Source of the DNA: Sedimentisphaerales bacterium
GTDB taxonomy: Bacteria; Planctomycetota; Phycisphaerae; Sedimentisphaerales; SM23-30
Length of the DNA stretch: 64,000 nt
Reading direction: 5' to 3' (one strand)
Assembly: GCA_963666285.1 (NCBI GenBank)
Contig: OY762711.1
The translations under genes were made by a program, and so were the position numbers. The notes under the pieces are model-generated. The model was not told the DNA's origin and did no database searches. It worked only from the letters and a program-made list of their open reading frames with translations. Within the stretch, counting starts at the first letter, position 1. Every line of letters starts with the position of its first letter. Below are positions 60,923 to 64,000 of this stretch, piece after piece.

Positions 60923-61258
60923 TCATTATACCAAATCTGAACTTATTATTATAAAACCTTTTCCCAAACTGAGAAGCCATACTGATAACTTACATAACCA
61001 CAATAACTTAAATCATAAATATTACCGCCATTACTAATATACCCAGACTCTATTATCCTTAATAAACCGCCTTGCCGCTAAAAAAATTACATTTATCCAG
61101 CATATCATTACTTCTTACTATTGTTTTTTAACAAAATATGGCATAAGATTATGAAAAGGTTAGATTTTTAATTGGTAATTTACTGGTAAGCTTTTCAATA
61201 CATTTGAATATCATCAACTACTAGAAACGTTTAAATATACTGTTTATTAGGAATTAAA

Positions 61259-62047
61259 ATGAAGAAAAAAGCTTTTACACTAATAGAGTTACTTGTTGTT
61301 ATTTCTATCATAGCCCTGCTTGTATCTATCCTTATGCCGGCTCTTAACAAGGCAAGAAGGCAGGCTCAAACCGTTGTCTGCATGTCAAACCTGAAACAAT
61401 GGGCCATATGTTACGAATACTATACCAGCGATTGGAACGACAATTTCCCAATCTATGATTCTAATAACTCTAACCATAGCTACATCGAGTCTTTAGCTAA
61501 ATATTATCATAATATCGACGATTTGCGAGTGTGCCCGGCCGCTAACAAAATTTCCCAACTTAACCCTACCGGCCAACAGCCGGAAAGTTATTTCGGCAGC
61601 ACATCAAAGGCTTTCCAGATTGACGCGGTCAATGCAGAATGGGCCAATTTCTCTGACAATGACCCTTACTATATCGGAAGTTATACCGAAAATTCCTGGA
61701 TTAGAAAACGCGACGGTTTCACTAATTGCTGGGTAAAAGCCAACGGACTGAAAAAAGCGTCAACAATACCTCTAATCCTGGACGGTAGATGGCATGACAG
61801 TTGGGTCACAGACGAAATCCCGACTGCTCCCAATCCGGCCAATGAAAAGAGTTTCTACAATCACAGCAACTGGGATTCCATTAGAACTTTCATGATGAGA
61901 AGACACAACAGGGGAATACAGGGCGCCATGGCTGACTCATCAGTTGCCAATATTGAGGTCGAAGACCTATGGACCTACGACTGGCACAGAAGCTTCGATA
62001 AAAACTTCGATGTCGATGAATTCACATGGCTAAAGGACCCTTTCTAA
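61259..62047 (+). CDS. Prepilin-type N-terminal cleavage/methylation protein
   Basis: KAFTLIELLVVISIIALL..ILMPAL..AR..A...C.SNLKQ; C-terminal RH. Confidence 0.9.
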   Translation: MKKKAFTLIELLVVISIIALLVSILMPALNKARRQAQTVVCMSNLKQWAICYEYYTSDWNDNFPIYDSNNSNHSYIESLAKYYHNIDDLRVCPAANKISQLNPTGQQPESYFGSTSKAFQIDAVNAEWANFSDNDPYYIGSYTENSWIRKRDGFTNCWVKANGLKKASTIPLILDGRWHDSWVTDEIPTAPNPANEKSFYNHSNWDSIRTFMMRRHNRGIQGAMADSSVANIEVEDLWTYDWHRSFDKNFDVDEFTWLKDPF

Positions 62048-62218
62048 ATAATTTTAATTCTCACGAACTGAATTAGCCAATACTACAATCTATCTTCACA
62101 ACAATCTTATTCTTTGCACCGGCTTAAACAAAATATTAGCCGCAATCCGAAGCATTTAAAAAATCATCTAAGCGGCACCACAAGAAATTCTAACTATTCA
62201 GTTAGAGTTTCATTATTA

Positions 62219-62445
62219 GTTTACTTTCGCAGTTTTTAAGTTGCAATAACAAAGTGCCTCTGGTAAATCGCCTAAAAGGGCCTTCCTGCAACGCTTTGAA
62301 TTTAAACAAAATGTGAGACGAAAGTCGAACACCTTAATTTTTCACTATTCATTATTCATTTTTCACTTAATTGGCCCTGTTCTGGCCTTTGCGTGTAATG
62401 TTGAACAGTCAAATGTGCGCCATGCATATGATGCAAAGCATAAAC
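62219..62445. repeat. Repeat family A copy (MITE-like)
   Basis: gtttactttcgca...tgcaaagcataaac. Confidence 0.75.
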
Positions 62446-62521
62446 CACATTATTACATTCTCTGTTTTTATATCTTGTAGTGTTTTCTTTCTCCAACTCA
62501 CCTGTTCTACTATCTAGCGGC

Positions 62522-64000
62522 TTACAAGCCACTTAGCCAGTTCTCCAGTAGAATTGCCAGGTCAAACATATCAACCCTGCCGTCACCGTTGATATCACCA
62601 GCATATCTTGTAGCACCAACACCTATATGGAGAATCGGATAACCGTAGCTGTCGCTCATTTGCCATGTATCTGCGAAATCCCAGCCGGTGAAATTTGACT
62701 CATCTGCCATTTCCTCGCTGGTTAGCCCCGTTCCGCCTCCAATGCTGTTGCATCCTGATCTGTTTTTATCCCAAAATGATTCTGTAATAGATGTATTATC
62801 TGGAATAAGACCAGTCAGGCCACCTGCAACATTTGTACTGCTATCGTCAATTCCTATAAACTTTCCGGCAAAATGACAATGAATAATCTCCCCATCATAT
62901 GTGTTGTCTCCGACCAGGCCGCCAGTAAATCTTGGAAAAGCACAATCTATAGCTTCAATATCCATGGTAGAATAGCTGTCTGTGATAATCCCTTCATAGC
63001 CTTCAACACCAATGTTTTGCCCCACCAGTCCGCCAATACACTCAACACTATCTGTCAAGTTGGAAATAAATTTTCCTTGTGTATAACATCTATTGATGCT
63101 GCCCAAATTCTTTCCTACCAGTCCTCCAATAGACATATTTGCTGAATATAAACCACTTGGCGTTTCCAAAGTACCGTTAACGCAACAGTCTTCGATCGTT
63201 CCTTCATTCCATCCAACCAAAATGCCGGCTCCTTCATATCCCGTTCCCGGAAAATTAAAATTAACATTTTCCAGGTACAGATTCTTTATTACAGCTGACG
63301 AAGTTGTCCCATAAAACAAACCATTACTTCCAGTCTTAATTCCCATGTTATGAATAGTGTAACCATTTCCATCAAATACTCCCTGAAACCAACCTCCACC
63401 ATGACCATCTTCCGGAACTCCTATACTCGGCATCGCCACTGATACTGGAAAGTAAATATCCTGCGTCATAATGAGATATTTGTCCTTGCTCCAACCGCTA
63501 TAAAAATATGCCAACTCTATCAGATCATCTACCCTGGAGATCTGATAAGGGTCATCGGCAGTTCCGCTGCCGCCGCTGAAAGTACCTGTCGAGCAGACAT
63601 TACCAACTCCATCTCCATCACTATCTGCCTGGTCCGGATTTGGCCTGGAAGGACAATTATCAAGACAATCTATCAGGCCATCACCGTCACTGTCACCACA
63701 GGTCTCGGAAATAGTATTATCGCCGCCGTCTGTATAGTCTCCTGTAATATTTGAAGGAGTATTCTGACAAATAACGCAATCTGTTATTGTTATATTTGTT
63801 CCGCTTTCGCAATGGATACCGCCCGCATTAGTATTGGTTGCTATATTGTCAACAAAAATGCAGCTGGTGATCGTCACCGTTGAGCTGCTCGTATTACGCA
63901 TCGCGCCGCCATTATTTTCTGATATGTTTGCAGTGAACGTGCAATTTAAAATAGTCACCACAGCACTGTTTCGATTTAACATTCCACCACCACAGTAAAA
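62522..64000 (-). CDS. Secreted beta-helix/GLUG-repeat protein with TSP3 and dockerin-like tail, partial (5' end outside window)
   Basis: Frame open to the window edge; GGLVG.N repeats, GSGTADDPYQI, GDINGDGRVDMFD. Confidence 0.8.
   Translation of the reverse strand, partial: FYCGGGMLNRNSAVVTILNCTFTANISENNGGAMRNTSSSTVTITSCIFVDNIATNTNAGGIHCESGTNITITDCVICQNTPSNITGDYTDGGDNTISETCGDSDGDGLIDCLDNCPSRPNPDQADSDGDGVGNVCSTGTFSGGSGTADDPYQISRVDDLIELAYFYSGWSKDKYLIMTQDIYFPVSVAMPSIGVPEDGHGGGWFQGVFDGNGYTIHNMGIKTGSNGLFYGTTSSAVIKNLYLENVNFNFPGTGYEGAGILVGWNEGTIEDCCVNGTLETPSGLYSANMSIGGLVGKNLGSINRCYTQGKFISNLTDSVECIGGLVGQNIGVEGYEGIITDSYSTMDIEAIDCAFPRFTGGLVGDNTYDGEIIHCHFAGKFIGIDDSSTNVAGGLTGLIPDNTSITESFWDKNRSGCNSIGGGTGLTSEEMADESNFTGWDFADTWQMSDSYGYPILHIGVGATRYAGDINGDGRVDMFDLAILLENWLSGL

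Overview
A 64-kb chromosomal segment. The organism is probably a Planctomycetota bacterium (Phycisphaerae/Sedimentisphaerales-like), inferred from the HYExAFE protein, PEP-CTERM proteins, dockerin-like C-termini and a prepilin-type N-methylation protein. The first 30 kb is mostly housekeeping and transport: pnuC-nadR, Fic, oppB, MscK/CorA/MscS, an ATP-grasp::M20 fusion with a GATase, a MraY/WecA-like enzyme, a coiled-coil pair, an Hc1-like protein, fabZ, tRNA-Met, HD-GYP and dinB. An intact IS3-family element follows. The centrepiece (about 36.3-47.7 kb) is an RNA/ribosome-repair locus. Divergent rtcR faces a sigma54-type promoter that heads a minus-strand unit of nine tRNA or tRNA-like genes (many atypical), four related structured non-coding elements, an SPFH/slipin gene inside the array, then rtcA, GFA, rtcB, a PcfJ-domain protein, prfH and a DPPF methyltransferase interrupted by an in-frame amber codon. 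The right part holds cysN/cysD with a MITE-disrupted four-helix-bundle gene, and secreted or repeat proteins. Intergenic DNA is rich in MITE-like elements, heptamer arrays and short palindromes. All calls were made by eye; no searches or folding programs were run.
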